A stretch of 32,000 nt of DNA from Candidatus Iainarchaeum sp. (lineage in GTDB: Archaea > Iainarchaeota > Iainarchaeia > Iainarchaeales > 0-14-0-20-30-16): contig JAQTTP010000004.1 in the NCBI GenBank assembly GCA_028710695.1, positions 30,001-62,000 on the forward strand, written 5' to 3'. Made by a program: the position numbers and the translations under genes. Under the pieces are notes generated by a model, which saw only the letters and a program-made list of their open reading frames with translations, was not told the origin of the DNA and did no database searches. Positions 8,306 through 16,237 of this stretch are shown here, piece by piece. How positions within the stretch are numbered: position 1 is the stretch's first letter; each line of letters opens with the position of its first letter.

Positions 8306-9385
8306 ATGAAACGGTATTTAAGCGCACTAATTTTTTTGATATTTTGCGTATCTTTTGTTTTTGCAACTCCTGGAGATTGGAAAGGAATTGTTGACATAAA
8401 CGGTTCAGAGCCAGAGGTGGGGACAACAGTATCAGCATATACTGGAAGTACATTGCTGGATAGTACAACTACTCCAACTACTTCTGCGGGTGCAACTGCG
8501 TATGATTCAAATGGTTTTTATATTCTTGTTTTTGAAACCACAATTGACGCAGCCCTTACATTTAAAGTTTGTGGAATAACTGCAGATACAAATACTTTTA
8601 GTGTTGGTACCCATGATTTAAATATTTCAGCAACTCTTCAAGCAAATGGGACTGCGGCTTGTACTTGTGATGGGATTTGTTCTGGAGGGCATTGTGTAAA
8701 CCCTGGAGCATCAGGAGTATGTTCGGCTAATACTTATTATTGTAATAGTAATGGTTCTTGTGAAACTGCATATGGTGAAACATCATCAAATTGTTCTGCT
8801 GATTGTTCATCAGGGGGTGGATCTGGTGGATCTGGTGGATCATCAACAATTATAATAGCAGAAACTACGGAAGAAGCAATAGAAATCGGTAGTGAGGAAA
8901 CAATAACAACAACAGTTTCAAGTGGTGGAAGTAGAACAATCAAAGTAAAGGATGAAGAACACACTGTAACTGTTGATGAAACAAATGTTGAAGAACAAAC
9001 AGCAAGAATAACTATTGCTTCAACTCCAATGACATACATATTGAAAACAGGTCAATCTGTAAAAGCAGACTTTGAGAACGATGGAGTATACGATCTAAAG
9101 GTAACTTTGGGTGGCGTAGATGCTTCTGGGGCTAAGCTGTATTTATTGCAGATTGCAGAACCAGTAGCTAAAGCAGCAGACACAACAAAAGAGCCTACTG
9201 GCGGAACAATAACTACTGAAGACAAAACAACTACCACAACTGATGATGGTAGTACAACAACAGATAACACAACTGGAACTACAGACACCGAAGAAACAAT
9301 AAGCAGTGCTTGGGTATGGTGGGTTCTAGGGGTAATAATTGTTTTAGTAGTTGTTTACCTAGGATATGCAATGATCAAGAAGTAA
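8306..9385 (+). CDS. Secreted, C-terminally membrane-anchored modular surface protein (359 aa)
   Basis: GAGGTG lies upstream of the ATG. Signal peptide: MKRYLSALIFLIFCVSFVFA|TP. The modules are a beta-rich N-domain, a Cys-rich module (CTCDGICSGGHCVNPG...CNSNGSCETAYGETSSNCSADC), a GGSGGSGGS linker, a second beta domain, a Thr-rich stalk (TTTTTDDGSTTTDNTTGTTDTEET) and a terminal TM helix plus KK (WVWWVLGVIIVLVVVYLGYAMIKK). Confidence 0.85.
   Translation: MKRYLSALIFLIFCVSFVFATPGDWKGIVDINGSEPEVGTTVSAYTGSTLLDSTTTPTTSAGATAYDSNGFYILVFETTIDAALTFKVCGITADTNTFSVGTHDLNISATLQANGTAACTCDGICSGGHCVNPGASGVCSANTYYCNSNGSCETAYGETSSNCSADCSSGGGSGGSGGSSTIIIAETTEEAIEIGSEETITTTVSSGGSRTIKVKDEEHTVTVDETNVEEQTARITIASTPMTYILKTGQSVKADFENDGVYDLKVTLGGVDASGAKLYLLQIAEPVAKAADTTKEPTGGTITTEDKTTTTTDDGSTTTDNTTGTTDTEETISSAWVWWVLGVIIVLVVVYLGYAMIKK
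8816..8842 (+). repeat. 3 x 9-bp microsatellite (ggtggatct ggtggatct ggtggatca) encoding the GGS linker
   Basis: Read directly from the sequence. It is in frame and encodes GGSGGSGGS. Confidence 0.9.
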
Positions 9386-9425
9386 AGGGATTCTTTCCCT
9401 CTTTTTTTATTTTTATTTATTTGTT
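9386..9425 (+). terminator. Hairpin aggga-ttctt-tccct followed by T7 and a T-rich tract
   Basis: The stem is at 9386-9390/9396-9400, immediately after the stop codon. It is followed by ctttttttatttttatttatttg. Confidence 0.6.
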
Positions 9426-9570
9426 TTTATTCTTTCTTTTGTCTAATTTGTATTTAACTAAAGCCGATCTTGCCCTATCTGGCGTAAAAGCAGTTAATCT
9501 TGTGACTCAAAACATAACCTTTTATATATATCCTGCTTTAATATATATAGGCTTATGAGTGTGAGATACT

Positions 9571-10293
9571 ATGTTTGGTGAGCATGTAAATAACCTCAAA
9601 TATTTGGGATTAACTGAATACCAGGCGAAAGTATTGTATGCTCTTATGAAAAACAAAGTAAGTACTATTTCTGAGATAGAAAACATTGCTGGCGTGCCAA
9701 AGACCAGAATTTATGATGTAATGAAGGAACTAATGGACAAAGATTATGTTATCCAGATAGAAGATAAGCCAAAAAAATATAGAATAAGAAATGTTGATCT
9801 AGTTTTAGATAATCTTGTTGAAACAAAAGAAAAGGAGTTCAATAACGTTAAAGTAACTGTGGGCACAATGAAAGAAATGTTTAAAACAAATGAAATGCCT
9901 TTACAGAACAAAATGATCCATATGGATAAAAAGAACTTCCTAAAGCTATTAAATGAAGAGTTAGCTAATGCCAATCTTAATATCTGTGCTTTCTCTGGTT
10001 CAGAGATAGGGGAAAAAGAGCTAAAAGAGAGGCTTAAGAAGGCAGTAGAGAAGAATATAAGTGTAAAGATTGTCACTCACCCAGAGCATAAAAAGCACAT
10101 TTGGGAGATAGGTGGAGAAGGTAGAGAATTTAACCACAACCTTTTGGCATACCTAATAGATGGGAAAAAAGCTATTTTTAGATTAAATACTGATAGTGAA
10201 CAGCAATATAAAGTGTCAATAGTAGAGAATAATGATGGCTTAGTGAATATGATGAAGTCATACTTTGACAATTGCTGGGCCCAAGGAAAATAA
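9571..10293 (+). CDS. TrmB-family transcriptional regulator
   Basis: The N-terminal winged HTH LGLTEYQAKVLYALMKNKVSTISEIENIAGVPKTRIYDVMKELMDKDYV matches the TrmB N-terminal domain pattern (LGLSEYEAKVY..L...G..TA.EIa..sgVPR.rVYdVL..L...G). Confidence 0.8.
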   Translation: MFGEHVNNLKYLGLTEYQAKVLYALMKNKVSTISEIENIAGVPKTRIYDVMKELMDKDYVIQIEDKPKKYRIRNVDLVLDNLVETKEKEFNNVKVTVGTMKEMFKTNEMPLQNKMIHMDKKNFLKLLNEELANANLNICAFSGSEIGEKELKERLKKAVEKNISVKIVTHPEHKKHIWEIGGEGREFNHNLLAYLIDGKKAIFRLNTDSEQQYKVSIVENNDGLVNMMKSYFDNCWAQGK

Positions 10294-10304
10294 CTGCAAA
10301 TAAT

Positions 10305-10568
10305 TCAGTAAATATTATCGTGGTGCTCATAATCTAAAAGTCGAACAACTTTTGTATTTTCATCTATTTCGTAAGTAAGGACAAATGATTTACAAATATG
10401 TACTCGACGAGTACCGTGCATATCGCCTTTAAGTGGTTTGTAATGATTTGGTGCCTCTAATATTTCATCTACTTTTTTACGAATTATTTTTAGTTGCTTT
10501 TTGTCTTTTTTTGCTAGCTTTGAAAAAACTTTATCTAAGTGTTCAGGTATTTCTAAAGCATATGTCAT
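10305..10568 (-). CDS. relE: Type II toxin, RelE/ParE superfamily mRNA interferase
   Basis: 87 aa. The pattern KLAKKDKKQLKIIRKKVDEILEAP.HYKPLKGDMHGTRRVHI.KSFVLTYEIDE..KVVRLLDYEHHDNIY is the typical RelE/StbE layout. The start lies 2 nt after the stop of the upstream small ORF. Confidence 0.75.
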   Translation of the reverse strand: MTYALEIPEHLDKVFSKLAKKDKKQLKIIRKKVDEILEAPNHYKPLKGDMHGTRRVHICKSFVLTYEIDENTKVVRLLDYEHHDNIY

Positions 10569-10570
10569 AG

Positions 10571-10792
10571 TTATAACCCATACCTTTTAGCAAAATTATC
10601 AACTTTTATAAATTTGCCTTGCCTAATTCTTTCTAATTTTTGAATATATTCTTGTTTTACTTCTGGTTCGTTTTCTATTATGGATCGCATAAAAAACTCT
10701 ATTTGTTTACTCATACTCATTCCATTGCTTTTACAAAAATCAGAAAATCTCTTGTATACTGTTTCTTCAACATTAAACGTCTTTAAAGTCAT
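10571..10792 (-). CDS. Ribbon-helix-helix type antitoxin (73 aa)
   Basis: The N-terminal beta-strand plus helices (LKTFNVEETVYKRFSDFCKSNGMSMSKQIEFFMRSII) fit the RHH/CopG antitoxin pattern, and it is translationally coupled to relE. The ORF-track start at 10801 is a GTG inside the SD-like GTGATA, so I chose the ATG at 10792. Confidence 0.65.
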   Translation of the reverse strand: MTLKTFNVEETVYKRFSDFCKSNGMSMSKQIEFFMRSIIENEPEVKQEYIQKLERIRQGKFIKVDNFAKRYGL

Positions 10793-10804
10793 AATTATCA
10801 CTTA

Positions 10805-10822
10805 TTATTTAATATTAAATAA
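10805..10822. promoter_or_regulatory. 18-bp perfect palindrome ttatttaatattaaataa just upstream of the antitoxin gene (candidate operator/TATA)
   Basis: The reverse complement equals the sequence itself. A third half-site ttatttaa lies at 10826-10833. RHH antitoxins are established autorepressors that bind inverted repeats in their own promoter. Confidence 0.45.
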
Positions 10823-10874
10823 CATTATTTAAACTTATTGTTTTTGTGCTTTGGGTTGTGAAGGGATTCTTTTT

Positions 10875-10890
10875 AAAGGTTACTATATAA
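10875..10890 (+). promoter_or_regulatory. Candidate BRE/TATA (aaaggttactatataa) for the L7Ae superoperon
   Basis: It lies about 55 bp upstream of the L7Ae ATG and is related to the recurring AAGGTTTATA motif. Confidence 0.45.
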
Positions 10891-10944
10891 TACTTATATA
10901 ATATCTTATTTTCAACCTGTGAACTGTAATAGGGAGGTGTTGTG

Positions 10945-11310
10945 ATGCCACAGTTTGTGAAATTTGAAACCCCACAAGAGACTTATGAGAAAATAAAAGC
11001 TTTACTTTCTAAGGTGTCTAAGGGTGGAAAAATAAAAGCCGGAGTTAATGAAGTAACTAAGGTAATTGAAAGAGGAATGGCTAAGTTTGTAGTAATGGCT
11101 GAGGATGTTAGCCCTGAGGAACTTTTAATGCACATACCTGTTTTGTGTAAGGAGAAAAAAGTAACATTTGCTTACTTGCCAACAAAAAAGGATTTGGGCG
11201 AAGCTTCAGGATTAAAGATTTCAGCATCATGTATTGCAATAACTGATGAAGGAACTTTAGCTAAAGACGTTGAACAGTTGAAGAAGCAATTGTTGGAACT
11301 GGTTAAATGA
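10945..11310 (+). CDS. rpl7ae: Ribosomal protein L7Ae (eL8)
   Basis: GVNEVTKVIERGMAKFVVMAEDVSPEELLMHIPVLCKEKKVTFAYLPTKKDLGEASG is the L7Ae/L30e family core. GGAGGTG lies upstream of the ATG at 10945. Confidence 0.93.
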   Translation: MPQFVKFETPQETYEKIKALLSKVSKGGKIKAGVNEVTKVIERGMAKFVVMAEDVSPEELLMHIPVLCKEKKVTFAYLPTKKDLGEASGLKISASCIAITDEGTLAKDVEQLKKQLLELVK

Positions 11311-11320
11311 GGTGTTTTGA

Positions 11321-11533
11321 ATGGCTGATGAAATGGGAACACCTGCAGAAATAGTGGAACTAATAAAAAGAACAGGTGTGAGTGGAGAAATAACTCAAGT
11401 TCTTTGTAGAATCCTTGATGGCCCTGAAAAAGGAAGAGTAAAAAGAAGAAATGTTAAAGGCCCAGTACAGAAAGGAGATGTCTTAGTTTTGCTAAATGTA
11501 CAGAAGGAAGCAAAAGAGATAAGAGCAAGGTGA
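11321..11533 (+). CDS. rps28e: Ribosomal protein S28e
   Basis: [51 protein letters not shown] matches S28e. It sits in the conserved L7Ae-S28e-L24e order. Confidence 0.93.
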   Translation: MADEMGTPAEIVELIKRTGVSGEITQVLCRILDGPEKGRVKRRNVKGPVQKGDVLVLLNVQKEAKEIRAR

Positions 11534-11537
11534 TAGC

Positions 11538-11705
11538 ATGAAGTGTTCATTCTGTAGTAAGGAAATTAAGGAAGGCAACGGAGTAGAATATGTGAAAAAT
11601 GATGGAACCATATTCTTCTTTTGTAGTTCTAAGTGCCAGAAGAATAAATTAAAGCTCAAGAGAAACCCAAACAAAGTAAGATGGGTTAAAAGAGTTAAGA
11701 AGTAA
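11538..11705 (+). CDS. rpl24e: Ribosomal protein L24e (55 aa; absent from the ORF track)
   Basis: Hand translation gives [55 protein letters not shown]. The C..C...C..C zinc ribbon and RNPRK.W-like tail are typical of L24e. AAGGTGAT lies upstream. Confidence 0.88.
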   Translation: MKCSFCSKEIKEGNGVEYVKNDGTIFFFCSSKCQKNKLKLKRNPNKVRWVKRVKK

Positions 11706-11717
11706 AGGAGTCAGGAT

Positions 11718-13421
11718 ATGATTAGAGAGCCGATAGTTGTTGTTGCAGGCCATGTTGATCATGGAAAAACAACACTATTAGATGCAATTAGAGGAAGTAC
11801 AGTTGCATTGAAAGAAGCGGGGAGAATTACTCAGCACATTGGAGCAACAGATGTTCCAATGGAAGTAGTAAATAGCTTTGCAGGGCCTCTAATCGAAAAA
11901 TTCAAATTTGATTTGAAGATTCCGGGGCTTTTGTTTATAGATACTCCTGGGCACGAGGCATTCTTTACCTTAAGGCAAAGAGGATGCGGCCTTGCAGATA
12001 TTGCAATTTTGATTGTTGATATAATGCAAGGATTGCAACCACAAACAAAAGAGGTAATAAAATACTTAAAAGAGAATAAAACCCCCTTTATTGTGGCTTT
12101 GACAAAGGCGGATATGCTCCAAGGTTGGGACAAAACTCAGAAAATAGATATTTTAATGAGAGAAGTTGATGAAGGCACAAGCAATTTAGCAAAAGACTTT
12201 AATAATAGATTTTACAAAATCTATGGAGATCTTTACGAACAGGGTTATCCTGTTGAAAGATTTGACAAAATAAAGGATTTTACTAGAGAGGTAATTCTTT
12301 TACCAGTAAGTGCAAAGACTGGACAAGGGTTAGAATACTTGCTCTTGTTTTTGTCCGGTTTGTCTCAGAAATACTTAGAAAAAAAGCTTGCTTTGAATGT
12401 TGAAGGCAAAGCAAAAGGATTTGTTCTAGAAGTGAAAGAAGCAAAAGGGCTTGGAACAGTAATAGATGTAATAATTACTGATGGAGTAATTAGAAAAAAT
12501 GATTTTATTTGCCTAAGCGGAAAGCTTGGCACAATGTACACTAAAATCAAAGGTATTTTGAAACCAAAAGAACTGCAAGAAATAATGCAGAAGAAGGTTG
12601 ACTTTGATTATGTTGACGAAGCAACTGCTGCAGCAGGAGTTAGGATTGTAGCACATAAGCTTGATTCTGTTGTTGCGGGAGATAGCTTGGCAGTTGTAGA
12701 TGTAATCTGCGACGAAGAAAAGTGTGAAGTATTGTGTAGGGAAAAAGGGATACTTGTTAAAGCAGACACAATAGGATCTTTAGAAGCATTAGATTCATTG
12801 ATAAAGAAAGAAGGTTTAGAAGTATTGCAATCAGGAATTGGCAATATAACAAAAGAAGATATTCTGAAGGCATCTATTGCAGATAGCTGGAAAGATAGAG
12901 TGATATTTGGATTTAATGTAAATATCCTAGATAATGCTTTAGATTTGCAGAAAAGCAAGGATGTTCATGTGATCCAGAGTTCAGTAGTTTATGATTTAAT
13001 TGAGAAATATAAAAAATGGATAACAGAGCAAGATAGCAAAAACTTTGAAGAGCTTGTGAAGAAATCAGGGCACCCTGTTTCCTTTAAAATATTTCCTGAG
13101 CATATATTTAAAAGGACCAAACCTTTGGTTTGCGGAGTAAAGGTAATAAGTGGAAAGCTTTATCCTGGAACAAAGGTAGCAATTGATGGAAAAGTTCTTG
13201 GAGTAGTTAAGCAAGTTCAGGATAATGGAAAATCAATAGAATTTGCATCTGAAGGCCAAGAAGTTGCTGTTTCAATTGATGGCGGAAATTCAGACAAAAT
13301 TGATTTAAATAAGGAAGTAATATCCTATTTTAGAGAATATGAAATGGGAGAATTCAAGAAATATTTATCAAATGATTTGATTAAAAAAGTTGAGGAATTA
13401 AGTAGGAGTTTGTTAGACTAA
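11718..13421 (+). CDS. infB: Translation initiation factor aIF5B (IF2 homologue)
   Basis: G-domain motifs are present: VVAGHVDHGKTTLLD, DTPGH and LTKAD. Length and domain order match aIF5B. Confidence 0.93.
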   Translation: MIREPIVVVAGHVDHGKTTLLDAIRGSTVALKEAGRITQHIGATDVPMEVVNSFAGPLIEKFKFDLKIPGLLFIDTPGHEAFFTLRQRGCGLADIAILIVDIMQGLQPQTKEVIKYLKENKTPFIVALTKADMLQGWDKTQKIDILMREVDEGTSNLAKDFNNRFYKIYGDLYEQGYPVERFDKIKDFTREVILLPVSAKTGQGLEYLLLFLSGLSQKYLEKKLALNVEGKAKGFVLEVKEAKGLGTVIDVIITDGVIRKNDFICLSGKLGTMYTKIKGILKPKELQEIMQKKVDFDYVDEATAAAGVRIVAHKLDSVVAGDSLAVVDVICDEEKCEVLCREKGILVKADTIGSLEALDSLIKKEGLEVLQSGIGNITKEDILKASIADSWKDRVIFGFNVNILDNALDLQKSKDVHVIQSSVVYDLIEKYKKWITEQDSKNFEELVKKSGHPVSFKIFPEHIFKRTKPLVCGVKVISGKLYPGTKVAIDGKVLGVVKQVQDNGKSIEFASEGQEVAVSIDGGNSDKIDLNKEVISYFREYEMGEFKKYLSNDLIKKVEELSRSLLD

Positions 13422-13431
13422 GGTGATAAAA

Positions 13432-13824
13432 ATGATAGTGAATTTATCTAATCCAAAAACATCAAAAACATATACTGTTAAAGTTGATAGTCCTGTTTAC
13501 ATCGGAAAAAAAATTGGGGACGAAGTTCAATTAGAAACAATTGGAGTTAATGGAAAAGGAATTATAACTGGCGGTTCAACAAAAGAAGGAATGGCAATGG
13601 CTTCTTTTTTAGGTAATCAAGGCCACAAAAGAGTTTTGTTAAGCCCAGGGTTTGGGTTCAAAGACTCAAAAATTAAAGGCGAAAAAGTAAGAAAAACTTT
13701 GCACGGAACTTTTGTTGATGATAGAATCGCACAAATAAATATAAAATTAGTTGAATTAAAAGAAGACAATTTAGATGCTAAATTTGGAAAACCAAAGGAA
13801 GAAAAGAAGGATAAGAAAGAATAA
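13432..13824 (+). CDS. rps6e: Ribosomal protein S6e
   Basis: The sequence KIGDEVQLETIGVNGKGIITGGSTKEGMAM...HKRVLLS.G.GFK...GEKVRKTLHG matches S6e. The ATG at 13432 lies 4 nt after GGTGAT. Confidence 0.9.
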   Translation: MIVNLSNPKTSKTYTVKVDSPVYIGKKIGDEVQLETIGVNGKGIITGGSTKEGMAMASFLGNQGHKRVLLSPGFGFKDSKIKGEKVRKTLHGTFVDDRIAQINIKLVELKEDNLDAKFGKPKEEKKDKKE

Positions 13825-13835
13825 TGTGATAGCTT

Positions 13836-15017
13836 ATGGTAGATACTAAACAGGCAGTAGTAAATATTGGTTTAATTGGCCACGTAGACCATGGAAAAAC
13901 CAGTATTACAAAAATGCTGTCTGGAAAGTGGACCGACACTCATTCTGAAGAAATAAAAAGAGGAATCTCAATTAGATTGGGATTTGCAGATACTGTTTTT
14001 TATAAATGTAACAAATGTGGTGCCTATACCTCCGAAGAAAAATGTAAGTGTGGTGGAAAGGCAACTGCTTTACGAAGAGTTTCATTTGTTGATGCTCCTG
14101 GCCACGAAACTTTGATGGCAACTATGCTTAGTGGTGCAACAATAATGGACGGTGCTTTGCTAATAATTGCTGCAAACGAAGAATGCCCTCAGCCAAGAAC
14201 AAAAGAGCATTTGATGGCGGTTAAGATGTCTGGGGTAAAGAACGTTGTTGTTGTTCAAAATAAAGTTGACTTGGTAACTAAAGAAAAAGCACTTGAAAAT
14301 TATAATCAAATAAAGACTTTTTTAGAATCTGTTGGATATAAAGATGTTCCAATAATCCCTGTTTCAGCAAATATGGGTTTGAACAAGTCTGAATTAATTC
14401 AAGCAATAGAAGAAACAATAGAAACTCCTAAGCACGATGATAAAGCAAATCTGTATATGTGTATAGTTAGGTCATTTGATATTAATAAACCAGGGAATGA
14501 TATAGAGAATTTAATTGGCGGTGTTCTTGGTGGAACAATCCTTAAAGGCCAGATAAAAGTTGGAGACGAAATAGAGATTTCACCAATGGATGGGGAAAAA
14601 CTAATAACTAAAGTTGTATCTTTAAGAACTGATAAAGGCGAATTAGAAGTAGCAAAATCAGGTGGTTTAATTGCTGTTGGGACAGAATTGGACCCAGCAA
14701 TGAGTTACAATGATTCTATGAAAGGAAAAGTAGTTGGGCATGTTGGAAAATTGCCAAACCCTGTATCACAAATAGAGTTGGATGTTACTTCTCTAGAAAG
14801 AGAATTAATGAAATTTGATAAACCAATATTTATTAATGAACCATTAGTTTTGACTATTGGAACAAGCACAAATTTGGGAATTGCAAGTGCAATAACTAAA
14901 AATAAGGTAAAAATAAATCTGAAGTTAAAGAGTATAATAGAAAAAGGACAGAATATTGCAATAAGTAGGAATTTCCAGAACGGCTGGCATTTGTATGGTT
15001 ATGGAAGAAGTATATGA
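13836..15017 (+). CDS. eif2g: Translation initiation factor aIF2 gamma subunit
   Basis: NIGLIGHVDHGKTS, DAPGH and NKVD motifs are present, plus the characteristic zinc knuckle CNKCG...CKCGG inserted in the G domain. Confidence 0.93.
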   Translation: MVDTKQAVVNIGLIGHVDHGKTSITKMLSGKWTDTHSEEIKRGISIRLGFADTVFYKCNKCGAYTSEEKCKCGGKATALRRVSFVDAPGHETLMATMLSGATIMDGALLIIAANEECPQPRTKEHLMAVKMSGVKNVVVVQNKVDLVTKEKALENYNQIKTFLESVGYKDVPIIPVSANMGLNKSELIQAIEETIETPKHDDKANLYMCIVRSFDINKPGNDIENLIGGVLGGTILKGQIKVGDEIEISPMDGEKLITKVVSLRTDKGELEVAKSGGLIAVGTELDPAMSYNDSMKGKVVGHVGKLPNPVSQIELDVTSLERELMKFDKPIFINEPLVLTIGTSTNLGIASAITKNKVKINLKLKSIIEKGQNIAISRNFQNGWHLYGYGRSI

Positions 15018-15375
15018 TATTGTAGTTGTTGATACAAGTGTTTTGATATCAGCTTATGAACTTAAAAAAGATCCTTTTGAAGGATTAGATGTTAAACAAA
15101 TATACATTCCGGGAAGCGTTGTTAGAGAGCTTGAAAAATTGGAGAAAACCGCAACAAAATACAATGTTGCTAAAAGGTTAATATTTAAGTTATTATCCTT
15201 ATACAATATTATAATCGGGAAAGACGAAGGAAGCTTTGCCGACAAAGAAATGTTAAATTTAGTGGGAAAATATAAAGTATTTTTCACAAATGATAAAATG
15301 CTTAAAAAAGAAATAAAAAATAAAGGTGGAATAGTTTATTCTTTTTCAGCAAAAGGATTAAGAAAATATAATTAA
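14995..15375 (+). CDS. PIN-domain protein (Fcf1/Utp24-like nuclease conserved downstream of aIF2-gamma)
   Basis: The N-terminal sequence IVVVDTSVLI carries the acidic PIN residue. The size of about 125 aa and the position between eif2g and rpoE' match the conserved archaeal arrangement. The start may be the ATG at 15001. Confidence 0.7.
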   Translation: MVMEEVYDIVVVDTSVLISAYELKKDPFEGLDVKQIYIPGSVVRELEKLEKTATKYNVAKRLIFKLLSLYNIIIGKDEGSFADKEMLNLVGKYKVFFTNDKMLKKEIKNKGGIVYSFSAKGLRKYN

Positions 15376-15387
15376 TGGGTGGAAAAC

Positions 15388-16011
15388 ATGTTTTACATTG
15401 TAGATATGGAAAAAGTTGTAAGAATACCAGCATCAAAGTTTGGATCTGAATTAAAAGAAATAGTAAAAGATGTTCTGAACGACGAGATTGAGGGAAAGAT
15501 TGATGAAAGATATGGTGTTGTAATTTGTGTTGTTGATATTCTTGACTTTGGAGAAGCAAAAGTTCCTTTAGGGGACAGCGCGGCATATATAACTGTAAAA
15601 TACAAAACTTTAGTATTCTCTCCAGAAATTGGAGCAATATACGAAACAAATGTAAAAGATGTAGTTGAGTTTGGAGTATTCTTGGGTTTGGGTCCTTTTG
15701 ATGGGCTTGTTCACGTATCACAATTAATGGACGATTTCATAAATTTTGATACAAAAGACAGAAAATTTGTTGGTAGAGATACAAAGCTAACTTTGGAAAA
15801 CGAAGATTTAGTTTATGCTAAACTAATTAATTGTAGTTATGGAAGCGATGTAGTTCAATCAAAGATCGGATTGACAATGAGACAAAAAGGATTAGGAAAA
15901 ATGGAATGGATAATGAAAGCAAGAAAGGATGTTGAAGGCGGAGAAGAAACCGCTAAAAAAGAAGCAAAGAAAGAAGGAACAAAAAAAGTAACTAAAAAAG
16001 AAGCAAAATAA
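15388..16011 (+). CDS. rpoE1: DNA-directed RNA polymerase subunit E' (Rpo7) with a Lys-rich C-terminal extension
   Basis: The protein begins MFYIVDMEKVVRIPASKFG and has an S1-like domain (YETNVKDVVEFGVFLGLGPFDGLVHVSQL). It ends in KKEAKKEGTKKVTKKEAK. Confidence 0.88.
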   Translation: MFYIVDMEKVVRIPASKFGSELKEIVKDVLNDEIEGKIDERYGVVICVVDILDFGEAKVPLGDSAAYITVKYKTLVFSPEIGAIYETNVKDVVEFGVFLGLGPFDGLVHVSQLMDDFINFDTKDRKFVGRDTKLTLENEDLVYAKLINCSYGSDVVQSKIGLTMRQKGLGKMEWIMKARKDVEGGEETAKKEAKKEGTKKVTKKEAK

Positions 16012-16030
16012 TTACGCGGGATGATTAATT

Positions 16031-16228
16031 ATGGTAAAAAGAGATTTTGCATGTAAGACTTGTGGATATATAAGTGAGGAAGAAATAGAATTATGTCCTG
16101 CTTGTAATAATAAAAAATTCACAACTTTTTGGCAAGGATATGTAGTTATAATTGATGTTGAAAAGTCTCAAGTAGCAAAAATACTTGGGATAACAAAACC
16201 AGGAAAGTTTGCATTAAGGATAGGATAA
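16031..16228 (+). CDS. spt4: Transcription elongation factor Spt4 (RpoE'')
   Basis: Zinc ribbon CKTCGY...CPACNN, followed by W.G.VVIID...S.VAK.LGI..PG.FALRI. Confidence 0.88.
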   Translation: MVKRDFACKTCGYISEEEIELCPACNNKKFTTFWQGYVVIIDVEKSQVAKILGITKPGKFALRIG

Positions 16229-16237
16229 GGTGATAAA

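Noticed and set aside
9310-9558. 82-aa plus-strand ORF spanning the end of the 359-aa gene and the following spacer
   Set aside because: It overlaps the TM-anchor codons out of frame and then runs through the hairpin/oligo-T terminator. Its F/L-rich translation simply reflects the T-tracts.
9386-10872. Shared 11-mer agggattcttt at 9386 and 10862
   Set aside because: The first copy is the terminator hairpin after the 359-aa gene. The second lacks the complementary arm and sits upstream of the L7Ae promoter. A single short match in AT-rich DNA is probably chance.
14995-15017. 23-nt overlap of aIF2-gamma and the PIN-domain ORF as a possible programmed frameshift or fusion
   Set aside because: Both proteins are complete on their own. 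Overlapping stop/start with an in-frame ATG at 14995 or 15001 is ordinary translational coupling in this conserved gene pair.
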